DNA from: Candidatus Latescibacterota bacterium
GTDB taxonomy: Bacteria > Latescibacterota > UBA2968
Assembly (NCBI GenBank): GCA_965204745.1
Contig: OZ242010.1
Location: 1,088,001 to 1,152,000 of the forward strand
Length of the DNA stretch: 64,000 bases
Direction: 5' to 3'
The translations under genes were made by a program, and so were the position numbers. Every line of letters starts with the position of its first letter. The first letter of the stretch is position 1. Below the pieces are notes generated by a model. The model saw only the letters and a program-made list of their open reading frames with translations, ran no database searches and was not told where the DNA came from. Shown here in pieces: positions 31,570-40,236 of the stretch.

Positions 31570-31678
31570 GATTGCAAGGGCAGATCGATGAAACTTTCGC
31601 GGCAACGACACAGGGGGCGATAGATCGTTCCGCGCCCTTGCGATGCCAGCGTTTTTTGTTCAAAAACTGGAGGTTGCG

Positions 31679-32707
31679 ATGTTAAAAGGATGTCATACGG
31701 CGTTGATCACTCCCCTGACCGCCGATCATGCGCTGGATCATGGCGGTCTGGAACAATTGGTGGCGTTTCAGATCGCCGAAGGCATAGACGGCGTGTTGGC
31801 CTGTGGCACCACGGCGGAGAGTCCCACCCTGAGCGAAGACGAGCAGAATTTGATTACGCGCGTGGTGTGCCGCCAAGCCAAAGAACAATGTCGCGCCATT
31901 GGCGGCGCGGGCAGCAATTCGACGGCGAAGACCCTCAAAGCCGCCGAATACGCCGCGCAAGAAGGGGCAGACGCCATCTTGCTGGTGGATCCCTATTACA
32001 ATGGGCCGAGTTCGTTGGAGATTCGCAAGGAATACGTCGCGCCCGTGGCCCGCGCCTTTCCCGACTTGGACATGATCCCCTACGTCATTCCCGGCAGGTC
32101 GGGCACGAAATTGTTGCCGGAAGACCTCGGCATCTTGTTCTCCGAATACCAAAATGTGAACACCGTGAAAGAGGCCACAGGCGATTTGGACAACATGGCG
32201 CGCACCCGCGAATGCTGTGGGGAGGCGTTTTCGATCATGTCCGGGGACGACGACAAGACGTTTGAGATGATGACCCGGGATGCGATCAAGGCCGCGGGCG
32301 TGATCAGCGTGGCGTCCAATGTCGCGCCAGGCCCTGTAACGCAGATGGTACACGCCCTCCAGCGCGGCGACCTGGACGAGGCGAATCGGTTGCACGCGGC
32401 ATTAAAGCCCTTGTTTGGCATGGTGGGCGTGGTGTCTGAAGAACAGACGCCTTATGGCATCACAGAAGTCAAAGCGCGCAACCCCTTGCCGATGAAGACC
32501 TTGATGAATATTTTGGGCATGCCAGCCGGCCCGTGCCGCCAGCCCTTGGGCAAAATGAATCGGGCGGGCTTGGATATCGTGCTGGGCATTGCCCGCGAAG
32601 TCCATGCCCAAAACCCGGAGGTGTTCGCGCCCGTGGCTTCGTTTTTCAACGCGGACATCGCGCAACGCCTGAACGACCCGGCGGTGCTGGACGGATTGGC
32701 GTATTGA
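31679..32707 (+). CDS. dapA: 4-hydroxy-tetrahydrodipicolinate synthase
   Basis: ALITP, GTTAESPTL, PYYN, VKEATG, SGDD, ISVASN, NPLPMK. Confidence 0.92.
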   Translation: MLKGCHTALITPLTADHALDHGGLEQLVAFQIAEGIDGVLACGTTAESPTLSEDEQNLITRVVCRQAKEQCRAIGGAGSNSTAKTLKAAEYAAQEGADAILLVDPYYNGPSSLEIRKEYVAPVARAFPDLDMIPYVIPGRSGTKLLPEDLGILFSEYQNVNTVKEATGDLDNMARTRECCGEAFSIMSGDDDKTFEMMTRDAIKAAGVISVASNVAPGPVTQMVHALQRGDLDEANRLHAALKPLFGMVGVVSEEQTPYGITEVKARNPLPMKTLMNILGMPAGPCRQPLGKMNRAGLDIVLGIAREVHAQNPEVFAPVASFFNADIAQRLNDPAVLDGLAY

Positions 32708-32770
32708 GCATGAGCGGCTTGCGGGGGATGGGTGGACTGACGACTACTGACAACTGTTTTTGGAGCGCGT

Positions 32771-33604
32771 ATGATTGGGGTAGGAATTTGCGGTGTTGCC
32801 GGGCGGATGGGGCAGCGCATCTCCCATCTGACCTTAGAGGCGGAAAATTTGGATTTGGGCGGCGGAGTCGAGTTTGCAGGCCATCCCGCGATAGGGAAAG
32901 ACATCGGCGACGTCATTGGCGTGCCGCATCTCGGCGTGCAAGTGGTGGCTAGCGTGGAAGCGATGGTGCGCGAGGTCGATGTGGTGGTCGCATTTACTGC
33001 GCCGCCCGAGCCCACGGCTGTCGCCGCGGAAATCGCAGGGCGTGCTGGCGTGCCGATGGTGATTGGCACAACTGGGTTGTCTGCGGAACAAGTCGAGGCG
33101 ATGACGGACGCGCTGAAGGATGTGGCCTGCGTGTTTGCCCCCAATTTCAGCGTGGGGGTTACAGTGCTGACGCAGTTGGTGGAAGAGGCCGCGCGCATTT
33201 TGGGCGGTGATTACGACGTGGAAATCGTCGAGGCGCACCACAGGTTTAAGACAGACGCGCCTTCGGGAACGGCTTACGCGCTGGCCGAGGCCGCGGCGCG
33301 TGGCTTGGAGCGCGATTTGCAAGCCGTGGGCATTTATGGGCGCCATGGCGATACGGGCGCGAGAACGCGCGATGAAATTGGGGTCCACGCAGTGCGCGCG
33401 GGCGATATTGTCGGCGAACACACGGTTGTGTTTGGGGGCATTGGCGAGAGCGTGATGCTCGTCCACCGAGCGCAGAGCCGAGACACGTTTGCCTCTGGCG
33501 TGATTCGCGCCATTCCCTTTGCGGTTGACGCGGATCCAGGGATGTACGATATGCGCGATGTGTTGGGGTTGAGGGGAGAGATAAGAGGTAAGATACTCTC
33601 TTAA
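32771..33604 (+). CDS. dapB: 4-hydroxy-tetrahydrodipicolinate reductase; stop codon lies in the IS end
   Basis: GVAGRMG, VIGTTG, EAHHRFKTDAPSGTA, RAGDIVGEH. Confidence 0.95.
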   Translation: MIGVGICGVAGRMGQRISHLTLEAENLDLGGGVEFAGHPAIGKDIGDVIGVPHLGVQVVASVEAMVREVDVVVAFTAPPEPTAVAAEIAGRAGVPMVIGTTGLSAEQVEAMTDALKDVACVFAPNFSVGVTVLTQLVEEAARILGGDYDVEIVEAHHRFKTDAPSGTAYALAEAAARGLERDLQAVGIYGRHGDTGARTRDEIGVHAVRAGDIVGEHTVVFGGIGESVMLVHRAQSRDTFASGVIRAIPFAVDADPGMYDMRDVLGLRGEIRGKILS

Positions 33605-33607
33605 AGG

Positions 33608-34615
33608 TCAAGGGGATTGCGGGGCGATTCGATAGAATTTCTCGCCCTCAAAATCTTGGTCATGCCGCAACATGCCCCAGATTGAATGGAGCAACTTTCG
33701 CATCACCGCAACGATAGCCTGCAAAGGTTTCTTGCCGCGGGCAATGAGTTGGTCATAGAAGGCTTTGACATGGACTTCGTGTCTGATGGCCACCCAGGCA
33801 GGCATATAGAGGGCATGGCGGAGGTACTTATTCCCGGTTTTCGAGATGCGTCTTTGTGGGTTGGCGGTTCCGGATTGTTTGGGTTTGGGATCCAGGCCTG
33901 CATGTGCGACCCACTGGGGCGGTTGCATCTCCTCAGGCAAAAGGGTCAACTCGGCCAAGAGCCGCAAGGCGCTCGTTTGTGCGATGCCAGGCGTCGAGCA
34001 GAGGCGTTGGTAGGCGCGCTTGAGGGTCTCATCGTGCAAAACGAGATCGAGGGCTTGGTCTTCCAAGTATGCAATCCGGCGTTTGAGGTGTCGAATATTC
34101 ACCTGAATATCGCGTGCGATGCGCCGTGTGCTCAGGATGTGGTAGCTTTGCGCGTGGTTGCGGCTCTGTTCACTGATGATCACCTGCTTGAGTTGGTCAA
34201 TGCGTCTGGTGAGGGCTTGCAGTTGAAGCCGTTGCTCACTCGGCGCTTGCCAAGGCACAAACGGCATGCGCTCGGCATAATCCATGATCAACAACGCATC
34301 CTTCGCATCCGTCTTGGCTCGTTGCATGCGGGCTTGACCGTACTTGCTCATCGCTTTGGGATTGACGACCATGACCTTTGTGTGGCGATGCCGATGCAAG
34401 GCCAAGGCCACCCCCAAGCTGTAAAGCCCGGTCGCTTCGAGGCACACAGAGACCATGTGCCCGCCCTTGGTGAGCCACTTCAGCAACCGCTTATGGGCTT
34501 GGGGATCATTGGCAAAGGTCGCTTGCATGACAGCTTGTCCGGGTCTGGACAGGGCAACAGACAACGTGCGGGCACTGACATCAATGCCGGCGAAAGCGGG
34601 TTGAGATTTCGACAT
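33608..34615 (-). CDS. IS110 family transposase/recombinase
   Basis: AGIDVS, CLEATG, KTDAKDA (DEDD); GLDP..KQSGT, ISKTGNKYLR, AVMRKLL. Confidence 0.95.
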   Translation of the reverse strand: MSKSQPAFAGIDVSARTLSVALSRPGQAVMQATFANDPQAHKRLLKWLTKGGHMVSVCLEATGLYSLGVALALHRHRHTKVMVVNPKAMSKYGQARMQRAKTDAKDALLIMDYAERMPFVPWQAPSEQRLQLQALTRRIDQLKQVIISEQSRNHAQSYHILSTRRIARDIQVNIRHLKRRIAYLEDQALDLVLHDETLKRAYQRLCSTPGIAQTSALRLLAELTLLPEEMQPPQWVAHAGLDPKPKQSGTANPQRRISKTGNKYLRHALYMPAWVAIRHEVHVKAFYDQLIARGKKPLQAIVAVMRKLLHSIWGMLRHDQDFEGEKFYRIAPQSP

Positions 34616-34670
34616 GGGGGCCTCCTGTGATGAGGGGTTGTAAGGGGTCTGGTGTGCGCTCGAGTTCGAT

Positions 34671-34850
34671 CCCGACCATTGACGCCAAGTCTACCGGTCT
34701 TGTATATGCAGCCTCAAGGGACTTAGATACTCTTCGGCATAGACCCGGCGGTCGGGGGGCCTATCTTACCTACAAGGTCATCGCCTTCAAGAGGGGCCGG
34801 CCTTCCCCGAGCCGGGCATCAAGATGGCTTATCTCGATACGAGGGCGCAA
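34671..34850 (-). ncRNA. Predicted bridge RNA of IS110 copy 1
   Basis: Two stem-flanked internal loops containing AGAGUAUCU/CAAGA (donor guides) and AGGUAAGAUA (target guide); exact ends unknown. Confidence 0.75.
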
Positions 34851-34905
34851 CTCCTAATTAACCCTTACTTCCAAGATACAAGAGGTAAGATACTCTCTTA
34901 AAAGG

Positions 34906-35913
34906 TCAAGGGGTTTTCGGGGTGATTCGATAGAATTTTTCGCCCTCAAAATCTTGGTCATGGCGCAACATGCCCCAGATCGAATGGAGCAACTTTCGCA
35001 TCACCGCAACGATAGCCTGCAAAGGTTTCTTGCCGCGGGCGATGAGTTGGTCATAGAAGGCTTTGACATGGCCTTCGTGTCTGATGGCCACCCAGGCAGG
35101 CATATAGAGGGCATGGCGGAGGTACTTATTCCCGGTTTTCGAGATGCGTCTTTGTGGATTGGCGGTTCCGGATTGTTTGGGTTTGGGATCCAGGCCTGCA
35201 TGTGCGACCCACTGGGGCGGTTGCATCTCCTCTGGCAAAAGGGTCAACTCGGCCAAGAGCCGCAAGGCACTCGTTTGCGCGATGCCAGGCGTCGAGCAGA
35301 GGCGTTGGTAGGCACGCTTGAGGGGCTCATCGTGCAAAACGAGATCGAGGGCTTGGCTTTCCAAGTATGCAATCCGGCGTTTGAAGTGTCGAATATTCAC
35401 CTGAATATCGCGTGCGATGAGACGTGTGCTGCGGATGTGGTAGCTCTGCGCGTGGTTGCGGCTCTGTTCGCGGATGATCTCCTGCTTGAGTTGGTCAATG
35501 CGTCTGGTGAGGGCTTGCAGTTGAAGCCGTTGCTCGCTCGGCGCTTGCCAAGGCACAAAAGGCATGCGCTCGGCATAGTCGAGGATCAACAACGCATCCT
35601 TCGCATCCGTCTTCGCCCGTTGCATGCAGGCTTGGGCGTACTTGCTCATCGCTTTGGGATTGACGACCATGACCTTTGTGTGGCGATGCCGATGCAAGGC
35701 CAAGGCCACCCCCAAACTGTAAAGCCCGGTCGCTTCGAGGCACACAGAGACCATGTGCCCGCCCTTCGTGAGCCACTTCAGCAACCGCTTATGCGCTTGG
35801 GGATCATTGGCAAAGGTCGCTTGCATGACAGCTTGTCCGGGTCTGGACAGGGCAACGGACAACGTGCGGGCACTGACATCAATGCCGGCAAAAGCGGGGT
35901 GAGATTTCGACAT
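34906..35913 (-). CDS. IS110 family transposase/recombinase
   Basis: Close paralog of 33608-34615; AGGAGG RBS before MSKSHP. Confidence 0.95.
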   Translation of the reverse strand: MSKSHPAFAGIDVSARTLSVALSRPGQAVMQATFANDPQAHKRLLKWLTKGGHMVSVCLEATGLYSLGVALALHRHRHTKVMVVNPKAMSKYAQACMQRAKTDAKDALLILDYAERMPFVPWQAPSEQRLQLQALTRRIDQLKQEIIREQSRNHAQSYHIRSTRLIARDIQVNIRHFKRRIAYLESQALDLVLHDEPLKRAYQRLCSTPGIAQTSALRLLAELTLLPEEMQPPQWVAHAGLDPKPKQSGTANPQRRISKTGNKYLRHALYMPAWVAIRHEGHVKAFYDQLIARGKKPLQAIVAVMRKLLHSIWGMLRHDQDFEGEKFYRITPKTP

Positions 35914-35970
35914 GGGGGCCTCCTGTGATGAGGGGGTTGTAAGGGATCTGGTGCGCGCTCGGGGTCGCGT

Positions 35971-36150
35971 CCCGACCATTGACGCCAAGTCTACCGGTCT
36001 TGTATATGCAGCCTCAAGGGGCTTAGATACTCTTCGGCATAGACCCGGCGGTCGGGGGGCCTATCTTACCTACAAGGTCATCGCCTTCAAGAGGGGCCGG
36101 CCTTCCCCGAGCCGGGCATCAAGATGGCTTATCTCGATACGAGGGCGCAA
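35971..36150 (-). ncRNA. Predicted bridge RNA of IS110 copy 2
   Basis: Identical to copy 1 except one substitution (36021) that turns a G-U pair into G-C. Confidence 0.75.
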
Positions 36151-36267
36151 CTCCTAATTAACCCTTACTTCCAAGATACAAGAGGGGTGGTCTTCTCACG
36201 TCTTGCCTCTCACCTTTTTGCGCGATGCCCCCGTGCTCGCCCGAAGATACAAGAGGTAAGATGGAAG

Positions 36268-36327
36268 TTTAGCCACGAGCGGGATACAACTGGCGATAGC
36301 CCGTTCAAAGGCGAGCAGTGTGTGTAG
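36268..36327 (+). repeat. REP-like unit of the 14217 family
   Basis: TTTAGCCACGAGCGGGATACAACTGGCGATAGCCCGTTCAAAGGCGAGCAGTGTGT. Confidence 0.8.
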
Positions 36328-36382
36328 CCGTGCAGTGGGCGGGTTCGGATTTTGATGGATACAACAATTGGAGGAGGCAGTT

Positions 36383-38290
36383 ATGAGTGCGGATGTACAG
36401 GCGGCCTTTGATGCCGGGCAAACGCTCGCGGTGGCTGACCGGGTTTTGATCGCGCCCGAGGTGGGGACGTTGCAGGGCCGCGTGGATGATCTGTTGGGGG
36501 CCATTCAAAACAGCGGGGCGTCGGGCGAGTTGATGTGCAAGACCCTGATTCAGTTGGGCATGAATTTTGTGGGGCGCGATGCCGAGATCGTCGGCTATGG
36601 CGCGGATGAGATCGCCGCCGCGCTCGACCGCGTGTTGGGCGCGCTTGACGCGGTGGAGGGCGCGGTGGCAACGCGCGTGGTGGCTGGCTTTTTGGCGGAT
36701 ATGAAATCCGTGAACTTGTCCGATAGCCTTTCCGGGTTGCTGGCCGAACGCATTGAGATGGGTTTGGACGCGGGCAATCCCGGCAGGTCGTTTTTGACCT
36801 TGCTCAAAGCCGAGATGCGCGGCGGCGTGTATTGGCAGATGATCGGGGAGAATGTCTGTAAGTTCGGCAATGATTTTGCGCGCGGGCTGGAGTATTTGCG
36901 GCACTACGGATTTTGTCAGGTCTCGACGAATCCGGTCTTGGCGGCCAAGGCGTTTGACGAAGATCCGTCGCTGGATGACGATCTCAAGGCCGAGATCGCC
37001 AAGCGCGACGCGTGGAAAGCCGAGCCGGAAAAGCATGCCGATGAAATCGTCATGGCGGCCACGTTGATCGCGCTGTGGCCGAATCTGTCCATTTTCCGGC
37101 CCTTGGCCCTGCACACGGAGTTGAAGGACTACATGGTGAGTTTTCAACTCAACCCCAATATCGCGGACCAGGCCGATGCCAGCATTGAAGATGCGCGCAA
37201 CGCCTACGGGATTGCCGATGCGTATTTGAGGGATTACGACGAGTTGCTGGGCGCGGGCGAGATCGCGCTGGATCCCAATATCGTTTTTAAGGTGGGCGGC
37301 GGGCACGAGGCCGCGCGAAAAATTACGACCGTGCTCAACAGCGAGGGTATTGGCACGAATAACACGGTGGTCTATACCGTGGCGCAAGAGGTGCAACTGG
37401 TCATCGACGCGTTTGGGGGCAAGGCGCGGGCCGCGCAGGCGGGCAAGCCCGTGGTGCGGACTTATGAGACGAACATGGGCGGGCGTTTTGTCAGCCATTT
37501 GCGCGAGGTGGAAGCCGAGAAGTTGTTTGGCGCGTTGATAGAAGATCGCGCCGGCGAATGGCTCGCGGAACTCGCTGCGGATTTGGGCGTGGAGATGCCC
37601 GATGGCACACTGGCCGAGCGTGCGGCTCATGTCTGTTCTTACGCCCATTTGAAGTCGCTGGATCACCCGATTGTCTTAAAAGTTGCCGAGGCCGTGGGGC
37701 AGTCTTCAGAGGCGATGGTGCAACTCGAAGCGGATTTGAAGAAGGCGGGGACCCTGGTCGCTCGGCGCGTGCATTGGATTTTTTACGCGCCTGAAAATAG
37801 GCCCAAGTGGGTGGCCTACTTGTCCAAGACCTACGGGTTGACGGAAGATCGCGCACACTGGATTTTGGCGTCGATGGACGTGTTGCCCGCGTCCAAGCGC
37901 GTTCCCGACGATACGCTTCACGCCTTGGGCAAAAACATGTGCCACACGGAATTTCCCAATCACCAACGCGCGGTGCAACTCGTGTCCGAAGCACCGGATT
38001 TTGATCTGGACGAACTCCGGGGATCCATCGGCGATGAATACGATCCCGGCGTGGCGCAACGGCTTTACGAATTGCCCGATTTTCAAAAGGGCTACGACTT
38101 GACACCCGCGCTGAAGGCGTTTCTCGAGCGCGAGGTCAAAATCGATCTGAGCGGCTGGCAGACGCGGGGCATCGAACCCGGCGATTGGCCCAATTTTGGA
38201 TCGGTGCAAAAAACCAGCAACGAGTTCAAGGCGGCGTACGACGCATTTTTGATCCGCTGCGTCAACTTGGCGAAAGAAGTTGCGGGATAG
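36383..38290 (+). CDS. Large transaldolase-family protein
   Basis: VSTNPVL, VSFQLNP, NIVFKV, GTNNTVVYTVAQ, MGGR; GGAGG RBS. Confidence 0.75.
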   Translation: MSADVQAAFDAGQTLAVADRVLIAPEVGTLQGRVDDLLGAIQNSGASGELMCKTLIQLGMNFVGRDAEIVGYGADEIAAALDRVLGALDAVEGAVATRVVAGFLADMKSVNLSDSLSGLLAERIEMGLDAGNPGRSFLTLLKAEMRGGVYWQMIGENVCKFGNDFARGLEYLRHYGFCQVSTNPVLAAKAFDEDPSLDDDLKAEIAKRDAWKAEPEKHADEIVMAATLIALWPNLSIFRPLALHTELKDYMVSFQLNPNIADQADASIEDARNAYGIADAYLRDYDELLGAGEIALDPNIVFKVGGGHEAARKITTVLNSEGIGTNNTVVYTVAQEVQLVIDAFGGKARAAQAGKPVVRTYETNMGGRFVSHLREVEAEKLFGALIEDRAGEWLAELAADLGVEMPDGTLAERAAHVCSYAHLKSLDHPIVLKVAEAVGQSSEAMVQLEADLKKAGTLVARRVHWIFYAPENRPKWVAYLSKTYGLTEDRAHWILASMDVLPASKRVPDDTLHALGKNMCHTEFPNHQRAVQLVSEAPDFDLDELRGSIGDEYDPGVAQRLYELPDFQKGYDLTPALKAFLEREVKIDLSGWQTRGIEPGDWPNFGSVQKTSNEFKAAYDAFLIRCVNLAKEVAG

Positions 38291-38358
38291 CAGGGCGCAG
38301 GCGAAGGTCGCGAGTTGATCGCCGGGTCGGTTGAGCGTTTCTCACGGTGGATAACCGA

Positions 38359-38736
38359 ATGTCCAATCGCGCGACAGATTGGTTGGCGCAAGCGCGGCGC
38401 GACCTGGAACAGGCTACGGATTCCCGGCGGGCGGGTCGGCACGAGTGGGCGTGTTTCGCCGCGCAACAAGCCGCGGAAAACGCGGTTAAAGCATTGCATC
38501 TGTCTTTGGGGCAGGAGGCCTGGGGCCATGTGGTGGCGCGCCTGCTGAGGGATTTGCCCGAAGGCATCGAGGTGGGAGACGATCTGGTGGATAAGGGGCG
38601 GGTGTTGGACGGGTTTTACATTCCAGCGCGATATCCCAATGGGTTTCCAGAGGGCGCGCCTTTTGAACATTTCGGCCAGTTGCAAAGCGATGAGGCGGTG
38701 CGTTATGCCCGAACGGATATTGCACGGGCGGTGTAG
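38359..38736 (+). CDS. HEPN domain protein with chimeric (VapC-derived) C-terminus; no MNT partner
   Basis: ACFAAQQAAENAVKA, WGH, YIPARYPN; ends ARTDIARAV identical to the VapC end. Confidence 0.8.
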   Translation: MSNRATDWLAQARRDLEQATDSRRAGRHEWACFAAQQAAENAVKALHLSLGQEAWGHVVARLLRDLPEGIEVGDDLVDKGRVLDGFYIPARYPNGFPEGAPFEHFGQLQSDEAVRYARTDIARAV

Positions 38737-38766
38737 GTGCTGACGTTTTGGATCGGCGGATCGAAT
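38706..38766 (+). repeat. 61-bp direct repeat, copy 1 (copy 2 at 40168-40228)
   Basis: TGCCCGAACGGATATTGCRCGGGCGGTGTAGGTGCTGACGTTTTGGATCGGCGGATCGAAT, one mismatch. Confidence 0.9.
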
Positions 38767-38822
38767 GGAACCACTTTCGAGGCTGGGGCAATGGTGCTGT
38801 GCTGGTGGTCACAAAAAATGGT

Positions 38823-39146
38823 ATGATGGGTATTCTTGAAGGCATCCGCGAAAAGATCCGAAACGGTCAGTTTGAGTTCTCTCAGCATGCCACTGACCAA
38901 AGTATTATGCGTCATATTCGCGTCAGAGAACTGCGTGAAGCGATTGAAAATGGTGAACGGATCGCAGACTATCCCAACGACAAATACGGCCCGAGTTGCC
39001 TGATTCTCGGTTTCACGAAATCTAAGAGACCGCTACATATTCATTGTAGTTATCCATCGAGACCTTTAGTCAAAATCATAACCCTGTACGAACCCGATCC
39101 CGCACGATGGATCAATTTCAAAATAAGGAAAAAACAAAATGTCTGA
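38823..39146 (+). CDS. DUF4258 domain protein (putative toxin)
   Basis: FEFSQHA, DYPNDKYGPSCLILG, RPLHI, IITLYEPD. Confidence 0.85.
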   Translation: MMGILEGIREKIRNGQFEFSQHATDQSIMRHIRVRELREAIENGERIADYPNDKYGPSCLILGFTKSKRPLHIHCSYPSRPLVKIITLYEPDPARWINFKIRKKQNV

Positions 39147-39369
39147 CCTGTGGCGTGAAACATTCGTTGAGAAGCGCGTTCTGTATAGCCTTGAAGTACA
39201 AGGGCGGGTCGTTATCATTGAAGATGTCCCTGCGCGAGTCAATGTCGAGACGGGAGAAAAATTCTTTTCTCCAGAAACTACCGAGCGTTTGCAACAAGCG
39301 GTTTGGAACGAGTGTCAACCCGTTCGCACTATCGAGACCCCTGTGTATGAGTACGCCGAATTAGCCTAA
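39139..39369 (+). CDS. YgiT-type/MqsA-like zinc-finger family antitoxin, Cys-less variant
   Basis: VVIIEDVPARVNVETGEKFFSPET; overlaps the DUF4258 stop. Confidence 0.8.
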   Translation: MSDLWRETFVEKRVLYSLEVQGRVVIIEDVPARVNVETGEKFFSPETTERLQQAVWNECQPVRTIETPVYEYAELA

Positions 39370-39371
39370 CA

Positions 39372-39458
39372 GCACAACTCGGATCGCGTCAAGGCGACGC
39401 GGGGTTTGACACGCGGTTCGATTTGAATGGCGAGATTGGGTTCGCCGATTTTCTGATC
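39372..39458 (+). pseudogene. Remnant of an EF-hand/dockerin-like C-terminal domain
   Basis: Translates AQLGSRQGDAGFDTRFDLNGEIGFADFLI; homologous to 43819-43908. Confidence 0.65.
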
Positions 39459-39523
39459 GGCCGTGCCTTTGGCAACGAGGGATCGTAACCGCGCCGCTGT
39501 CTAACCCCAAAAAGGAGCGCGAC

Positions 39524-39817
39524 ATGGCACTGACACTCAAACCGCAAACAGAAGCTCGCATCGCCGATTTAGCCAAGCGGTTGGGCTTTGCCGGTCAGAA
39601 TGCGACGGATCAGGTGCTGAAAATGGCACTGGACGACTTGGACGCCAAGACGCCGCCAGCACGCCGCAAGATGACGCCCGAAGAGATGGAGGCGGAAGTG
39701 GCGTATTGGCGGAAAGTGGCGAAACGAAACCGCATGTTGCATCCCTTTGATGACGAGAACCCACCATCCAAAGTCTGGCAGGAGGAATTGTACGACGAGC
39801 GGGGGCTTCCGAGATGA
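39524..39817 (+). CDS. VapB-family antitoxin (Rv0623-like)
   Basis: MALTLKPQTEARIADLA...LYDERGLPR; AAGGAG RBS; ATGA overlap with vapC. Confidence 0.8.
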   Translation: MALTLKPQTEARIADLAKRLGFAGQNATDQVLKMALDDLDAKTPPARRKMTPEEMEAEVAYWRKVAKRNRMLHPFDDENPPSKVWQEELYDERGLPR

Positions 39818-40198
39818 TAGTCGCCGACACGTCAGCAATCATGGCGGTACTGACCAACGAACAGGAAGGCCCGGGGTTTTTAGATACAATGGTCAACGAC
39901 GGAGGGGTGCTGATCTCTACCGCTAGTGCGGTTGAACTCATGATTGTTGCGATGGGCAGAGGCGATGATGTCTATCAATCTGCCATCCGGTTTTTCGATA
40001 GTCCTTTTGATTCCATTAGACGAGGAGCAGATGTGGGCCGCTGTTGATGCTTACGAGCGATATGGCAAGGGTCGCGGGCATCCCGCTGGGCTCAATTTTG
40101 GCGATACATTTGCCTACTCACTGGCGGTTGTGCGGCGGTTGCCGTTGCTGTTCAAGGGCGATGATTTTGCCCGAACGGATATTGCGCGGGCGGTGTAG
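39814..40198 (+). pseudogene. vapC: VapC/PIN toxin, frameshifted near 40005
   Basis: MIVADTSAIMAVL in one frame; YGKGRGHPAGLNFGDTFAY...LLFKGDDF in another. Confidence 0.85.
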
Positions 40199-40236
40199 GT
40201 GCTGACGTTTTGGATCGGCGGATCGAATCTGGTGGG

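Larger units (their letters stand above)
33591..34875 (-). mobile_element. IS110-family insertion sequence, copy 1
   Basis: DEDD recombinase plus ~260-nt upstream non-coding end; inferred CT core (AG on + strand) at 33591-92 and 34874-75. Confidence 0.9.
34888..36175 (-). mobile_element. IS110-family insertion sequence, copy 2
   Basis: Same architecture; cores at 34888-89 and 36174-75; separated from copy 1 by 12 bp of host repeat. Confidence 0.9.

Noticed and set aside
31570-31678. Canonical lysine riboswitch before dapA
   Set aside because: The leader is ~105 nt and lacks the conserved L-box elements.
33591-33615. sigma-70 promoter formed at the IS110 circle junction
   Set aside because: TTGACC is present in the right end, but no convincing -10 falls 16-18 bp downstream across the junction.
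33686-35928. Long plus-strand ORFs over the transposases, and similar antisense ORFs at 15867, 6505, 36305, 28035 and 53684
   Set aside because: Shadow frames opposite well-supported genes in GC-rich DNA, with no recognisable motifs.
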